From an uncultured virus (IMG/VR IMGVR_UViG_3300024270_000041) (taxonomy: Duplodnaviria > Heunggongvirae > Uroviricota > Caudoviricetes), in IMG/VR virus record IMGVR_UViG_3300024270_000041: 56,521 nucleotides of DNA. The stretch is one strand, 5' to 3'. Every line of letters starts with the position of its first letter. Positions within the stretch are counted from its first letter, which is position 1. Shown here one piece after another: positions 47,104-56,521 of this stretch. The notes beneath the pieces are model-generated. The model did not search any database, had not been told where the DNA came from, and saw only the letters and a program-made list of their open reading frames with translations. Position numbers and translations under genes: made by a program.

Positions 47104-49230
47104 TTAGAATCTATCGAATCTATCCTTGCGGTCAAGAGTTGGATGGTCATCAGGCAGAACGTCTGCAAGATTTGTAGCAAAGAGTGGGTCGATAGATGAC
47201 GGCTCTGTCTTTGTATAGAATCTTGGGTCGAGTAACTGCTTTCTGAGATTTGTCTGACGCATGGAGTCGATAGGCGATGCTGAATTAAACAGTGAGTCAT
47301 TAATAGACAAAATCTGATAATCATCATGGTCTCCAGTAGGTCCGAAGTCCGGGAAGGAGTATATATCAGAACGCTTTCTGATAAGACCACGGATAATCAT
47401 TTCGTCATGTACTGCATCGATGCGGATATCAGATTCAAACTTATTAGCAAGCATATTCTGACACAGCTCATCGATAGTAGTATTTGCGGTAGCTGCTTTA
47501 GTATTGATAAGTGCCTTGATACGTGCAGTAGAGTCAATACTGTCTTCAGATGAAACTGATACGTTGAAGATACTATCGGTTGCATCAATATCGTCAAATG
47601 CCACGAGTAACTGCTTTGTGCTCTTAGAACGCTTAATGAGAGCCTTCAGTGAGTCTGAGAAGTACAGCTTAATTTCATGGTCAGGTACGACGTTGTAGAT
47701 AACATTAGAACGTGCATCCACTACCTTATATTCTGTACAGTAGTACTGTACATTGTCATCAGAATCTTCTTCCTTGAAGATTTTATCGATAAGGAGATAC
47801 TGGTCCTGGTCAGTGCTAGTATCGTCCTTGAGAACGATATCAGATGAGATGAATTCAAAGTCGCGATTGAATTCCTCGTTGAATGCGATGGACTCGGAGT
47901 TGGTCTGGTTAATATGCTTTGACTTCAGAGTACGCTGCTTCAATGGCTCCGTCTCAACGATACCCGCATAAGCACCAGCAGATGCAAGGTTCTGGTTATT
48001 TGAGAAGAGTTTACCGTAGCAGTACATACAAACCATTCCATTATCAGAGTTACATGTACATGGACTTCTGAACTGAAGAGTTCTTCCGATGAGGTGCTGG
48101 TCCTTAAATCTGTCAACACACTTCATCTTATTTCCATCCTGGTCGTCGTAATAATAACGGCCATTAAGTGCTGTTAACCACTGCTGGTCAATGATGGTGT
48201 ACTGAAGCGTTCTTGTAGAGTCGCACATCTCATAGTCTGTTCGGAGAAGGACATGTGCAGCACTGTTAGCAACACGTTTAGCATATGTGCCTGGGTCCTT
48301 CATGTTAATCTTAGAGTCGATTGTAGCCTTACGAGCAGCCTGAGCATCAATAAGGAAGTCAGCCGGAGTAATCATACCATCAACGAAAATGTTGTGATTA
48401 ATCATATATGGAATTACGTGACCGTCAAGGTCAGGCTTAAATCCAACGCCGACCATAACTTCCTGGAACTGACCCATAGACATAATCTTACCTGCCTTAA
48501 AGATAGGTGCCAGGTCGCAATCACTGTTACGGATAATATCAGCAAGTTCATTGGTACGCTCTTTAAAGAATGCCTCAATTTCACTTGGCTGCCAATCCGG
48601 ATTTGGTTTCTCTGTCATAATCTCCACAATACGTGGATGTTTCTCTGCAGTCTTGCAGATGTTATATACGGAAAGTCCGCCACCTGCAATAATTGAGATA
48701 TACTTAGCAACTGCAGTTATATTAAAGATGATTTCATCGATGATTGCTGACATTGTATCTGAGTCAACCTCAATCTGTCTTACATATTTCTCATCAATGA
48801 AGTCATTGATAGCCTCGATAGGTTTATCGATAAAGTTATATATGTAAGATTCGTCCATGATGTCCACAGAGTCTGTAGCAGCAAATGCATACCACAGAAT
48901 CATGTTGGATAAGAAGTGTCTCATCTGAAGAGAATATGGCTTGGTCTTATCGGACTTACGAATCTTAAAGTGAATAATTCTTGTGCGGACTTCTTCATAT
49001 TCGAAGCCCCACTTACATAAATCCCACAGGTTCTGGTATACTACGGACCAAGTGGTTTTATTCTGAAGAATCTCCTCGAGGTATAACATCTTATGAGGAC
49101 CATAAAGTTCCATCAGCTCCTCGAATGGAAGAGCCGGTGGACCACTGTAGTTTATCTTCTGCAGAGCTTTCTTCTCGGATTTGCTCAGCGTGCTGGTAGC
49201 AACATGCTGAGCGAGCTTTGATTTTCCCAT
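47104..49230 (-). CDS. phage multisubunit RNA polymerase, beta' C-terminal subunit (probably non-virion RNAP)
   Basis: Bridge-helix/switch-like KDPGTYAKRV, Zn site FRSPCTC..VCMYCYG, trigger loop AGAYAGIVETEPLKQRTLKSKH; no DFDGD. Confidence 0.88.
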   Translation of the reverse strand: MGKSKLAQHVATSTLSKSEKKALQKINYSGPPALPFEELMELYGPHKMLYLEEILQNKTTWSVVYQNLWDLCKWGFEYEEVRTRIIHFKIRKSDKTKPYSLQMRHFLSNMILWYAFAATDSVDIMDESYIYNFIDKPIEAINDFIDEKYVRQIEVDSDTMSAIIDEIIFNITAVAKYISIIAGGGLSVYNICKTAEKHPRIVEIMTEKPNPDWQPSEIEAFFKERTNELADIIRNSDCDLAPIFKAGKIMSMGQFQEVMVGVGFKPDLDGHVIPYMINHNIFVDGMITPADFLIDAQAARKATIDSKINMKDPGTYAKRVANSAAHVLLRTDYEMCDSTRTLQYTIIDQQWLTALNGRYYYDDQDGNKMKCVDRFKDQHLIGRTLQFRSPCTCNSDNGMVCMYCYGKLFSNNQNLASAGAYAGIVETEPLKQRTLKSKHINQTNSESIAFNEEFNRDFEFISSDIVLKDDTSTDQDQYLLIDKIFKEEDSDDNVQYYCTEYKVVDARSNVIYNVVPDHEIKLYFSDSLKALIKRSKSTKQLLVAFDDIDATDSIFNVSVSSEDSIDSTARIKALINTKAATANTTIDELCQNMLANKFESDIRIDAVHDEMIIRGLIRKRSDIYSFPDFGPTGDHDDYQILSINDSLFNSASPIDSMRQTNLRKQLLDPRFYTKTEPSSIDPLFATNLADVLPDDHPTLDRKDRFDRF

Positions 49231-49242
49231 AGTAATTCTCCT

Positions 49243-51081
49243 TTATTTTAAGTCAATATTAACCTGAGGATAACTCTTACGAGCTTCAGGTACCTTTTCG
49301 ATAATCTCGATGGTCTCATTTGCGATATCGAAGAGGTCGTTGTATGCTTTAAGTGCTTCATCAAAGTGCTCCTTATTATCATAAGGCAATTCGATATTCC
49401 ACTTAGCATCGGAAGAGATATCGATAACTTCACCAGTATTGATATCTACTGGCTGGATGTCTTCTTCAGTATATACTGATTCGCCGATAACATCTTTCCA
49501 TGTCTTAACGTCCTTATATGTATCATACATCATGTGGGAAGGTTCCCATGTTGGTGTAAAGTAGAATCTGTCGTAGATGTTGACGAATGGTGTAAATGAA
49601 CCGCTCATACCGATATCGCTATTTGATGTACAGTTAGGGTCGATGATACCTACGAAACTTGGATGGATGTCACGCATCTTGAGGATAACATTCTTCGTAG
49701 ATTTCTCACCAAGTGCTTCAGGACCCTTTGTACTGTATGCGAGGTCAAGAAGCATAGTACAGTCATTTACGACATCATCTGGTTTGATAAGGTCCGAGAG
49801 ATTTCTCATACCGTTAAGTATGATGCATGAGCTATAGTTGAAGAGCTCGAGGAGCGAATCGATATCGTTCTGTCTTGAGTCAGAAAGCTTTGAAATGAGT
49901 GAGTTAATCATTTCGGAAATCTTTCGACCAAGTGTAGAATCTACGATATATTCGTTCTTACGAATTCTCTTAGTAGTCACGTCAATATTGTCTTTAGCCT
50001 TGAGCTCGTCATAGTCCATCATCATCCAACGAAGTACACAGTAGATGTTCTCCTTATGTGCTTCAGGGAGTCTAAGGCTTCTGATAGTGAGCTCTTTAAG
50101 ATGTCTTTCAAACATGAGAAGTGTCGTCTTACCCTTCTCCTTGAAAGCAGTGAGACTCTTATCCTTTGCAATAGAACCTACCAGACCGAGTCTACAAATC
50201 CAGTAGTTCTTGTCATATACATTCTCCCATGTGACTGGATGATCACGATTTGAGAGATGGTAGAGCATACCAGTCATAGACTGAATAAACTCATTATTAT
50301 CAAAGAGCTCCTTGCTAACCTTAATGAAGAGCTCATCGAGTGGGAAATAATAATACTTCTCCTTAGCACTCTCACGTACAGTCTGTACGATAGTAATGGC
50401 GTCCTTTACGCCAAAGAATGCAATGGTGTCATATATACCAACCTTGGCACTCAGTACGAGCAGAGGATTGAGGAATTTATTCTTCTGCTTACCAACTCTT
50501 GCTTTAGGTCCACGACGCTTCTTAGATGAGTCCATCGCAATAGAATACTGCTTGAATGTATATGGATTACCATCAATATCTGTCATTGGACGGTTGGCCT
50601 GCTTATAGAGGGTAAGGGGCATTCTACTCTTAAGAGTAATACGACCGCGCTGAGTATATACAGACGCCTCAACGAGCTGCCATATAGCCTTAGCCCTCTT
50701 ATTATTCATGAGGAAGAAGCCATCCATAGGCTTCGGAAGGAGGATGGATTTAACAATCTTTCGCTCCTCCAGATTGGTACGTACTGTGAAGTAGAACTTC
50801 ATCTCAGTACAGATATCTTCATAGATATGCTTGAAGTTCGGAATTGGGTCATTCTGTTTCTTCTTCTTGTAGTTAATGTTGATACGATGCTCGTTCATGT
50901 TAATCTCGTCCATATCATTGATAACTTCATATTTATCAAGAGTGATATTTTCGATAGCTTCGTATTCTTTCATGATACAAACTACCAATTCCTCAAATGA
51001 GTAGTCATTTTCCGACCTCAGGAATTCGTCATTATAGTCTTCCGTAGTCGGATGTTCGTAAAGGTGAATGTAATCTTTCAT
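49243..51081 (-). CDS. phage multisubunit RNA polymerase, beta N-terminal subunit (probably non-virion RNAP)
   Basis: GFFLMNNK..IWQL, STKGPEALG and RDIHPSFVGIIDPNCTSNSDIGM match RpoB regions GTFVING..VSQL, SALGPGGL and [24 protein letters not shown]. Confidence 0.88.
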   Translation of the reverse strand: MKDYIHLYEHPTTEDYNDEFLRSENDYSFEELVVCIMKEYEAIENITLDKYEVINDMDEINMNEHRININYKKKKQNDPIPNFKHIYEDICTEMKFYFTVRTNLEERKIVKSILLPKPMDGFFLMNNKRAKAIWQLVEASVYTQRGRITLKSRMPLTLYKQANRPMTDIDGNPYTFKQYSIAMDSSKKRRGPKARVGKQKNKFLNPLLVLSAKVGIYDTIAFFGVKDAITIVQTVRESAKEKYYYFPLDELFIKVSKELFDNNEFIQSMTGMLYHLSNRDHPVTWENVYDKNYWICRLGLVGSIAKDKSLTAFKEKGKTTLLMFERHLKELTIRSLRLPEAHKENIYCVLRWMMMDYDELKAKDNIDVTTKRIRKNEYIVDSTLGRKISEMINSLISKLSDSRQNDIDSLLELFNYSSCIILNGMRNLSDLIKPDDVVNDCTMLLDLAYSTKGPEALGEKSTKNVILKMRDIHPSFVGIIDPNCTSNSDIGMSGSFTPFVNIYDRFYFTPTWEPSHMMYDTYKDVKTWKDVIGESVYTEEDIQPVDINTGEVIDISSDAKWNIELPYDNKEHFDEALKAYNDLFDIANETIEIIEKVPEARKSYPQVNIDLK

Positions 51082-51227
51082 TTATTTAGCCTTCCTTCTC
51101 GCCTATCAACCGGCGAATTCTTATACCTTTTTAAGACCAATAGTACATTTTTAGCTCTAAATTATCTATGTACCGAAAAGAAATCACACATGACCAGAAA
51201 TCTGGTCATGTGTGATTATATTAATCA

Positions 51228-52499
51228 TTATACGCATTCGTTGGTACAGATGATTACGTTTCCATCTTCGGTAACGGCCCTAGGGTATGCACCATCGGTC
51301 ATATTATATATATTCGGAAATGGATTATGAAGCCCGTCGATCAGTACATCTGGATCATGAACCAACTGTTCGATATCTTCGAAGCTAAGAGCATGTGAAT
51401 CTATAGTACGTAATCCGGATATATCATCAAGTTCATCCGCATCAATATGATATAACTCCACCAGAGATATTACTTCATCCTTAGGCTTATCAATATATCT
51501 CGAGATAGCAACTTCATTGTTTAAGAAGCATACTTTAACCTCAGGCTTCGGTGCTATGAGTGAAAAGTACGTTGATCTCGGAACTGCAAATTCTACCATA
51601 AACTGAGAGAATCGGCGAGGTGCTACTCCACGGTATTTCTGTTCAGTGTCTGCTGTAAATACCAGATATCCAGATCTCGCAATATTGGCTGATATTGGGG
51701 CAACTGCTGTACCCATATTAGTTGTACATATTTCTCGATCGGATATAAATCTCATATTATCGTTAATAATTTTGAGCAAACTCCTTCCTCGTGATGAGTA
51801 TACCGATTTATCAAACTCGTGGTTAATAAATGCAAAATCGTCAAGCGGAATGAAACATTTAATATATTCTCCGTTTTTACAGTCATCATCACTGAAATGT
51901 GTACATAACGACAGTCTTCCGATATCATATTCCGGCTCATTATATCTTGAACCATATACCTCCTTCTTAATAGAAATTCCCCTTCTTTCAGCATCGACCT
52001 TCTCGACTGCGTCGATAGTATCTGCAACTTCTCTTACGGCCTTAGCGAATCCTTCTGGAAGGATAGCACCATTCTTATGAGTAGCGAGGATTTCATTCTT
52101 GATACCTTCGAAATCCTTATAGAGGCCCATCGTTCTCTCGTCTGGAAGAGCTGCCTTAGTAGCTTCTTTTTCTTCCGTATGAGCGATGATTACTGAAGCT
52201 GTCTTAACCTCCGGAAGTACAACTTCTTCCTTTACGGGTTCAACAATTTCCGCTTCTACGACTTCAACATCATGCACAGGAATATTGACTGCATTATTAT
52301 GTGTAGCTACATTAGAAGCCTTCTGCTGCTTCTTGGCCTTCTTCTTACTCTTCTTAGAGTTTACCTTGTTAGTGCCAATATGCGGATTTGCCATCGCCGA
52401 TTCAATAGCAGCCATAGCTGAACTTGGGATTGATACTCCGCCCGAATTTGCGAGGGGAATAAGTGGTGTAGGTGCTGTTTTGTTGATAATTGTTGCCAT
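51228..52499 (-). CDS. hypothetical protein with low-complexity N-terminus
   Basis: Probable start MATIIN after AGGAGG; flanked by hairpins 51182-51216 and 52529-52556. Confidence 0.8.
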   Translation of the reverse strand: MATIINKTAPTPLIPLANSGGVSIPSSAMAAIESAMANPHIGTNKVNSKKSKKKAKKQQKASNVATHNNAVNIPVHDVEVVEAEIVEPVKEEVVLPEVKTASVIIAHTEEKEATKAALPDERTMGLYKDFEGIKNEILATHKNGAILPEGFAKAVREVADTIDAVEKVDAERRGISIKKEVYGSRYNEPEYDIGRLSLCTHFSDDDCKNGEYIKCFIPLDDFAFINHEFDKSVYSSRGRSLLKIINDNMRFISDREICTTNMGTAVAPISANIARSGYLVFTADTEQKYRGVAPRRFSQFMVEFAVPRSTYFSLIAPKPEVKVCFLNNEVAISRYIDKPKDEVISLVELYHIDADELDDISGLRTIDSHALSFEDIEQLVHDPDVLIDGLHNPFPNIYNMTDGAYPRAVTEDGNVIICTNECV

Positions 52500-52576
52500 G
52501 GTAAAAATACCTCCTAAAATAAAATTGTATCCCGTAAGCGTCATCGCTTACGGGATTATGGTTTATAAATGTGATG

Positions 52577-53317
52577 TTAACGCTCGGTCTTTGAGTCAGA
52601 CTTTACGTTAAGTTTTGAATCCTTTGAAGGGTCACATGTGAATGTGAATGCATCCTTCTTAGGTTTATACTCGACCTTAATAGTCATGACGTCGAGTAAT
52701 TCAATTTCGCACGAGTGCGCGGAATTGCCAGCCGCATTACGCATTGCGACTAACGTAGCATGCTGAATGAAAAGCAGTGCTACGATGTATATTGACCAGT
52801 CCTCGGGATTAACCCCGAACTTATAACCAGTCAATAACTTTGCTGTCTGGGTCTGGATGAAGCCGAGTGTTATTCGGTCTTCCTCACTGAAGTTCTTGAC
52901 TACTGGGACATGGATAATACTGCCTCCCAGTGCGATGTCAAGCATACCAAGATTGATTGGTGTACGATTTACAATTGCATTCACAATCTCACCTGGACTT
53001 ATTGTACCAACGCGATTACCTGTCTTCTCGGCAGTGTCGTTGGTTCTGGAATCAGGCTCCAGTATTAAGAGTCCTCCCACATCTAAATAGTCGTGGGTAT
53101 CCAGATATACGGTACACATATAAAGATACATGACCGTGATGGTGTAGAGCATGTATGGTTCACCACTCAGGTCTAAACCACAATGCTTGAGTATGGGGTC
53201 ATTGATAACTCCACGCTCAATCTCTTTAATAAGGGCTTCTTGAATACCCTTCTTTGGGCGTAAGTTTTTCTTACCGCCCTGTTTGTCCAACTTTCTTACG
53301 TTATCCATTTTGACCAT
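52577..53317 (-). CDS. hypothetical protein
   Basis: 246-aa ORF; early motif at 53343-53352. Confidence 0.8.
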   Translation of the reverse strand: MVKMDNVRKLDKQGGKKNLRPKKGIQEALIKEIERGVINDPILKHCGLDLSGEPYMLYTITVMYLYMCTVYLDTHDYLDVGGLLILEPDSRTNDTAEKTGNRVGTISPGEIVNAIVNRTPINLGMLDIALGGSIIHVPVVKNFSEEDRITLGFIQTQTAKLLTGYKFGVNPEDWSIYIVALLFIQHATLVAMRNAAGNSAHSCEIELLDVMTIKVEYKPKKDAFTFTCDPSKDSKLNVKSDSKTER

Positions 53318-53342
53318 CCTTTCTGCTTTAATAGTCGATAGA

Positions 53343-53352
53343 ATGATATATA
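53343..53352 (-). promoter_or_regulatory. early-type promoter motif TATATATCAT
   Basis: Exact motif. Confidence 0.65.
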
Positions 53353-53357
53353 CTCAT

Positions 53358-55541
53358 TTATCGAATTTTAGATAGAAAATTATCGATATCCTCTCGTCGG
53401 ATAATTGGCATTCGGTGCTTTCGAGCCTTCTGTAACTTCTCAGTGTTAGCGCTTGTATTTGCCGCAATCAGTGCTATACAGTCCTTATTGAAGCCAGATA
53501 TCAATTCATATCCTCGTTTATTGAGCTCTGCACGAATCTCTGCTTTGGCATCTTTACCAAAGTCTGTACATGCAAAATTACCGATGAACTTCTGAGACTC
53601 TACGATGGTAAACTCATCGAGCAGTCCCATTATCTCTTCACTGTTATCGGCGAAGAATGATGCAACTTTTCTTGCACTGGATGGTCCTATGCTCTTAGCA
53701 TCCATCATTCTGTCCATGATGGTGAATGACCAGCCCTTCTTAAGGAGTCTTATCAATTCCTCGATAGATGTGATGTTTGCAATCTTCTTAGCAGTCTCAA
53801 GGCCAACACCAGGAATATTGAGTGCGTTGATAAATTCAGCCTCTGTTATAGAACGCTTATACAAGCTCTCAATCTCACTAATGAATGCATCGATGTTATT
53901 ATTACCCCATCCTGATACACGGGACATCTTCTCACGGAAAGCTTCTCTATCATATTTGATAGCTTTAATGAGGTCAAGTGGACTTGAAATGTGTGTATTG
54001 TCATATACATCTCCAAACGATTCATCGGAGAATCCTTCCATACCCAGACGGGTAGCAAATTCAATAAGTCTTCCTACAACTCTGCGAGAACAGTCCTTAT
54101 TCGGACATACGCAGTAGTTACTTCCGACTTTATTACCGTGCTCATCGATGGTAGATGTATGATTAAGTGTGGAACCACAGTATGGACATTGCATACTGAA
54201 TTTAAGTCTCTCACCGCCGTTATATTTAACGACTCTCTTAAGCATTGGGATTACGTCACCAGATGATTCGATTTCAACCTCATCACCGATATGGATATCA
54301 AATGACATAGCCTTACTCATAGTTGAAAGAGATACATCCGTTACTACGGTCTCATTAACGATAGTCTCTGTAATCTTAAGCATCGGTGTGGCTCTACCAC
54401 CTCTACCGATACTCATATAACCGTATTCCACTATACCAGTACCGAGCTTGTCGTTAATCTTAAAGGCATATGAGCAGCTCATGGCATCGTCTCTGAATCC
54501 TTTATATGAGAACATCGGAGCTCCTGTTATGTCACCACGATAACTGTCATAATCTGACTCTGGAGTAACATATGCTACAACACCATCAGTTCTGAATGGA
54601 TAGTCAGTACTATGGTATTTATCCATAAGCTCTCTTGTTAATGAGAGTAACTCCTTTCGGAACTCTCTTTCGTCTGTCTTTGACATATAATAACCTATAG
54701 ACTTCTTATGTGGTCCAAGGCATCTGTCGGTACCAATGAAGCTATAGAAATTACCATCCTTGATAACCAGTGGCATTATTGTGATATGGTTACCATACTT
54801 GATATTCTTAGGGCTTCCTACAATACCGCTTATTGCGGAACGTGGATTTGCATATATGCCCTTAAGATGCTCGAAGTCTTCTCTACTACAAAGAACTTCA
54901 CACTTAATGGCACCTTTCTCAATGTGTCGTGCAAGCTTCTCGATCTCGTCAAAGTTCTTAGCTTGCTTGAGGAGCGGGAGGATGTTCTGACCTTTCGCTC
55001 CATCTTTTCTTGTAACTGCATTGACAACCCAGCCATCGACAACGTTGATACATGCAGATACACCATCGTACTTCGGAGCAAATATCACTCTAGCGTCTCC
55101 GAACATATCGATGAATTTATAGAGGTTATCAATAAACTCTCCAATATCATGAGTCTTATTGATAGAACCCACCATATCAGGGTTCATGTGTGGAATTATA
55201 TCCCACTTGGATTCCGTCTCCATACCAACTGGCTCAAAGTCTGTAGTTGTAATCATTGGATGACCATATCTCATATAGATCTTCATGAGTTCATCATACT
55301 TAGAGTCGGATACCAGCAGATATGAATTCTTGCTGTATGTGTATACAATCATACACAGATTAATAAACTTCTTGAGAACTTGGTCACTAATGATATAACC
55401 ATTCTCGTCCATATCAGTCACGTAGTCGACATAACGGTCGAACTCAAACTGATAATTTGCCAATGCGGCGACTTCAATGTTACCATTCTTCAAGTCTTTG
55501 TAAATGGTATTGATTCTTTTCTCAACTGAATTAATTGCCAT
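53358..55541 (-). CDS. ligA: NAD-dependent DNA ligase
   Basis: PKYDG adenylation motif, NPRS, TDGVV, AFK, OB fold (GDEV..SGDVIP), Zn finger CPYCG..CPNKDC, HhH repeats, BRCT; probable start MAINS. Confidence 0.93.
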   Translation of the reverse strand: MAINSVEKRINTIYKDLKNGNIEVAALANYQFEFDRYVDYVTDMDENGYIISDQVLKKFINLCMIVYTYSKNSYLLVSDSKYDELMKIYMRYGHPMITTTDFEPVGMETESKWDIIPHMNPDMVGSINKTHDIGEFIDNLYKFIDMFGDARVIFAPKYDGVSACINVVDGWVVNAVTRKDGAKGQNILPLLKQAKNFDEIEKLARHIEKGAIKCEVLCSREDFEHLKGIYANPRSAISGIVGSPKNIKYGNHITIMPLVIKDGNFYSFIGTDRCLGPHKKSIGYYMSKTDEREFRKELLSLTRELMDKYHSTDYPFRTDGVVAYVTPESDYDSYRGDITGAPMFSYKGFRDDAMSCSYAFKINDKLGTGIVEYGYMSIGRGGRATPMLKITETIVNETVVTDVSLSTMSKAMSFDIHIGDEVEIESSGDVIPMLKRVVKYNGGERLKFSMQCPYCGSTLNHTSTIDEHGNKVGSNYCVCPNKDCSRRVVGRLIEFATRLGMEGFSDESFGDVYDNTHISSPLDLIKAIKYDREAFREKMSRVSGWGNNNIDAFISEIESLYKRSITEAEFINALNIPGVGLETAKKIANITSIEELIRLLKKGWSFTIMDRMMDAKSIGPSSARKVASFFADNSEEIMGLLDEFTIVESQKFIGNFACTDFGKDAKAEIRAELNKRGYELISGFNKDCIALIAANTSANTEKLQKARKHRMPIIRREDIDNFLSKIR

Positions 55542-55583
55542 CGTATCATTCCTTTCATAATATTGTGGTATTTGCTCATAACG

Positions 55584-55593
55584 ATGATATATA
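55584..55593 (-). promoter_or_regulatory. early-type promoter motif TATATATCAT
   Basis: Exact motif upstream of the ligase gene. Confidence 0.65.
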
Positions 55594-55672
55594 TTTTTCA
55601 ATATTTACGTAAAGGTTTTTACGGTGATAAATTAATACAAAATTTCATAAAACTTAGAGGAGGAAATAAGTT

Positions 55673-56347
55673 ATGACTAAGAAGTGCAAATCATTCATCT
55701 TCATCATCAACGGCTCTAACGGCGTAGGAAAGGACACATTTATCGACAAGTTCAGAGACGAATTACGTGACTATGAATATCTCAATATATCATCTATCGA
55801 CGTGGTTAAGAACATGCTTCGAAAAAATGAAATATGGGATGGGCAGAAAGATGAAAAGGGCAGACAGTTACTCGCCGAAGTAAAGGCTGCTATCAATAAG
55901 TATTCGGACTTCATCAACACCGATATCATCATGAGGGTTGGTAGATGGAGACCAAGAACTATGATGAATAGTATCGCATTCATCCATGTAAGAGAACCCG
56001 AGCAGATCGGGATACTGTCACAGAGGCTTGAGAGTGCCTTTGGTGAGTTCTCTATGGTAGGTACTATTCTTATCAAGAGAGCATCTGCAGAGGCTGCTGC
56101 TAACAATGACGCAGATATGAATGTAGAGAATTACAAGTACGATATCGTGCTCGAGGATAAGAACGATGAGTTCAAGTCTGCAGTGAATAATCTGACTGGA
56201 TTAATTCGTATGATTAATCCTACAAGTATCCCTCATGAGGAGGAAGTATCTGCAATGAGTCCGGAGGATAAGGCCGAGATAGATAAAATCAGAGAAAGTG
56301 CAGATGCACTACTCCCAGCCGATCCGAGTGGTAATCCATTACAATAA
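55673..56347 (+). CDS. P-loop kinase (dNMP-kinase-like)
   Basis: N-terminal INGSNGVGKDT, then GRQLL and IHVRE. Confidence 0.7.
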   Translation: MTKKCKSFIFIINGSNGVGKDTFIDKFRDELRDYEYLNISSIDVVKNMLRKNEIWDGQKDEKGRQLLAEVKAAINKYSDFINTDIIMRVGRWRPRTMMNSIAFIHVREPEQIGILSQRLESAFGEFSMVGTILIKRASAEAAANNDADMNVENYKYDIVLEDKNDEFKSAVNNLTGLIRMINPTSIPHEEEVSAMSPEDKAEIDKIRESADALLPADPSGNPLQ

Positions 56348-56360
56348 AAATAACAAAAGA

Positions 56361-56387
56361 AACACCGGGAGCAATGCTCCCGGTGTT
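56361..56387. terminator. hairpin after the kinase gene
   Basis: AACACCGGGAGC/GCTCCCGGTGTT. Confidence 0.7.
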
Positions 56388-56415
56388 AGTATCAGACTGG
56401 TAATATCACCAGCCC

Positions 56416-56521
56416 GAAACTTTCTACAAGGCCTCTTTCTACAAGCCAACGTATATCAATGTATACTTTTCTCGTTTCATAACGAGGGCTTTCGGTAGGA
56501 AGAGGCCTTGTAGAAAGTTTC
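56416..56521. repeat. 27-bp inverted repeat enclosing further stems, running to the window edge
   Basis: GAAACTTTCTACAAGGCCTCTTTCTAC (56416-42) pairs with GTAGGAAGAGGCCTTGTAGAAAGTTTC (56495-521), with one T-G pair. Confidence 0.85.

Noticed and set aside
1195..55601. Introns or inteins in terminase, polymerase, RNAP, helicase or ligase
   Set aside because: The ORFs are continuous and of plausible length, with no intein splice motifs or homing endonuclease ORFs recognised.
1..56521. CRISPR array, tRNA genes, integrase/transposase, reverse transcriptase
   Set aside because: No regularly spaced repeat-spacer units, cloverleafs or diagnostic catalytic motifs were seen.
1..56521. Stop-codon reassignment
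   Set aside because: Core genes are full length and densely packed under the standard code.
1..56521. Chimallin (nuclear shell) or PhuZ tubulin
   Set aside because: No tubulin signature was seen and no ORF could be recognised as chimallin, so nucleus formation cannot be claimed from this window.

Overview
This 56.5-kb window is part of a jumbo myophage genome of the phiKZ/AR9(PBS1)-related type. The host is probably a spore-forming Firmicute, judging from strong AGGAGG ribosome-binding sites and a SpoIIID-like gene. Structural and packaging genes: terminase large subunit, probable portal, tail sheath and tube, and a 3396-aa tape-measure-like protein with two C39-like peptidase domains and a lysozyme-like domain. 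Replication and transcription genes: the N-terminal half of a split family-B DNA polymerase, split multisubunit RNA polymerase beta and beta' pieces, SbcC/Rad50, an SF2 helicase, RusA, an NAD-dependent ligase and tandem DHH phosphoesterases. Two phage promoter classes are visible in the DNA: TATATATCAT before replication/accessory genes, and AACA-N6-TA (the AR9 late consensus) before structural genes. Four unexplained elements stand out: (1) a ~670-nt ORF-free, extensively base-paired region (about 11436-12106) with its own host sigmaA-type promoter and terminal hairpin, a candidate large structured ncRNA; (2) five consecutive small genes (41565-43239) sharing Arg-rich N-terminal leaders; (3) a SpoIIID-like regulator; (4) repeated hairpin+promoter modules that launch accessory cassettes. 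All calls come from motif recognition by eye; no database search or folding program was run.
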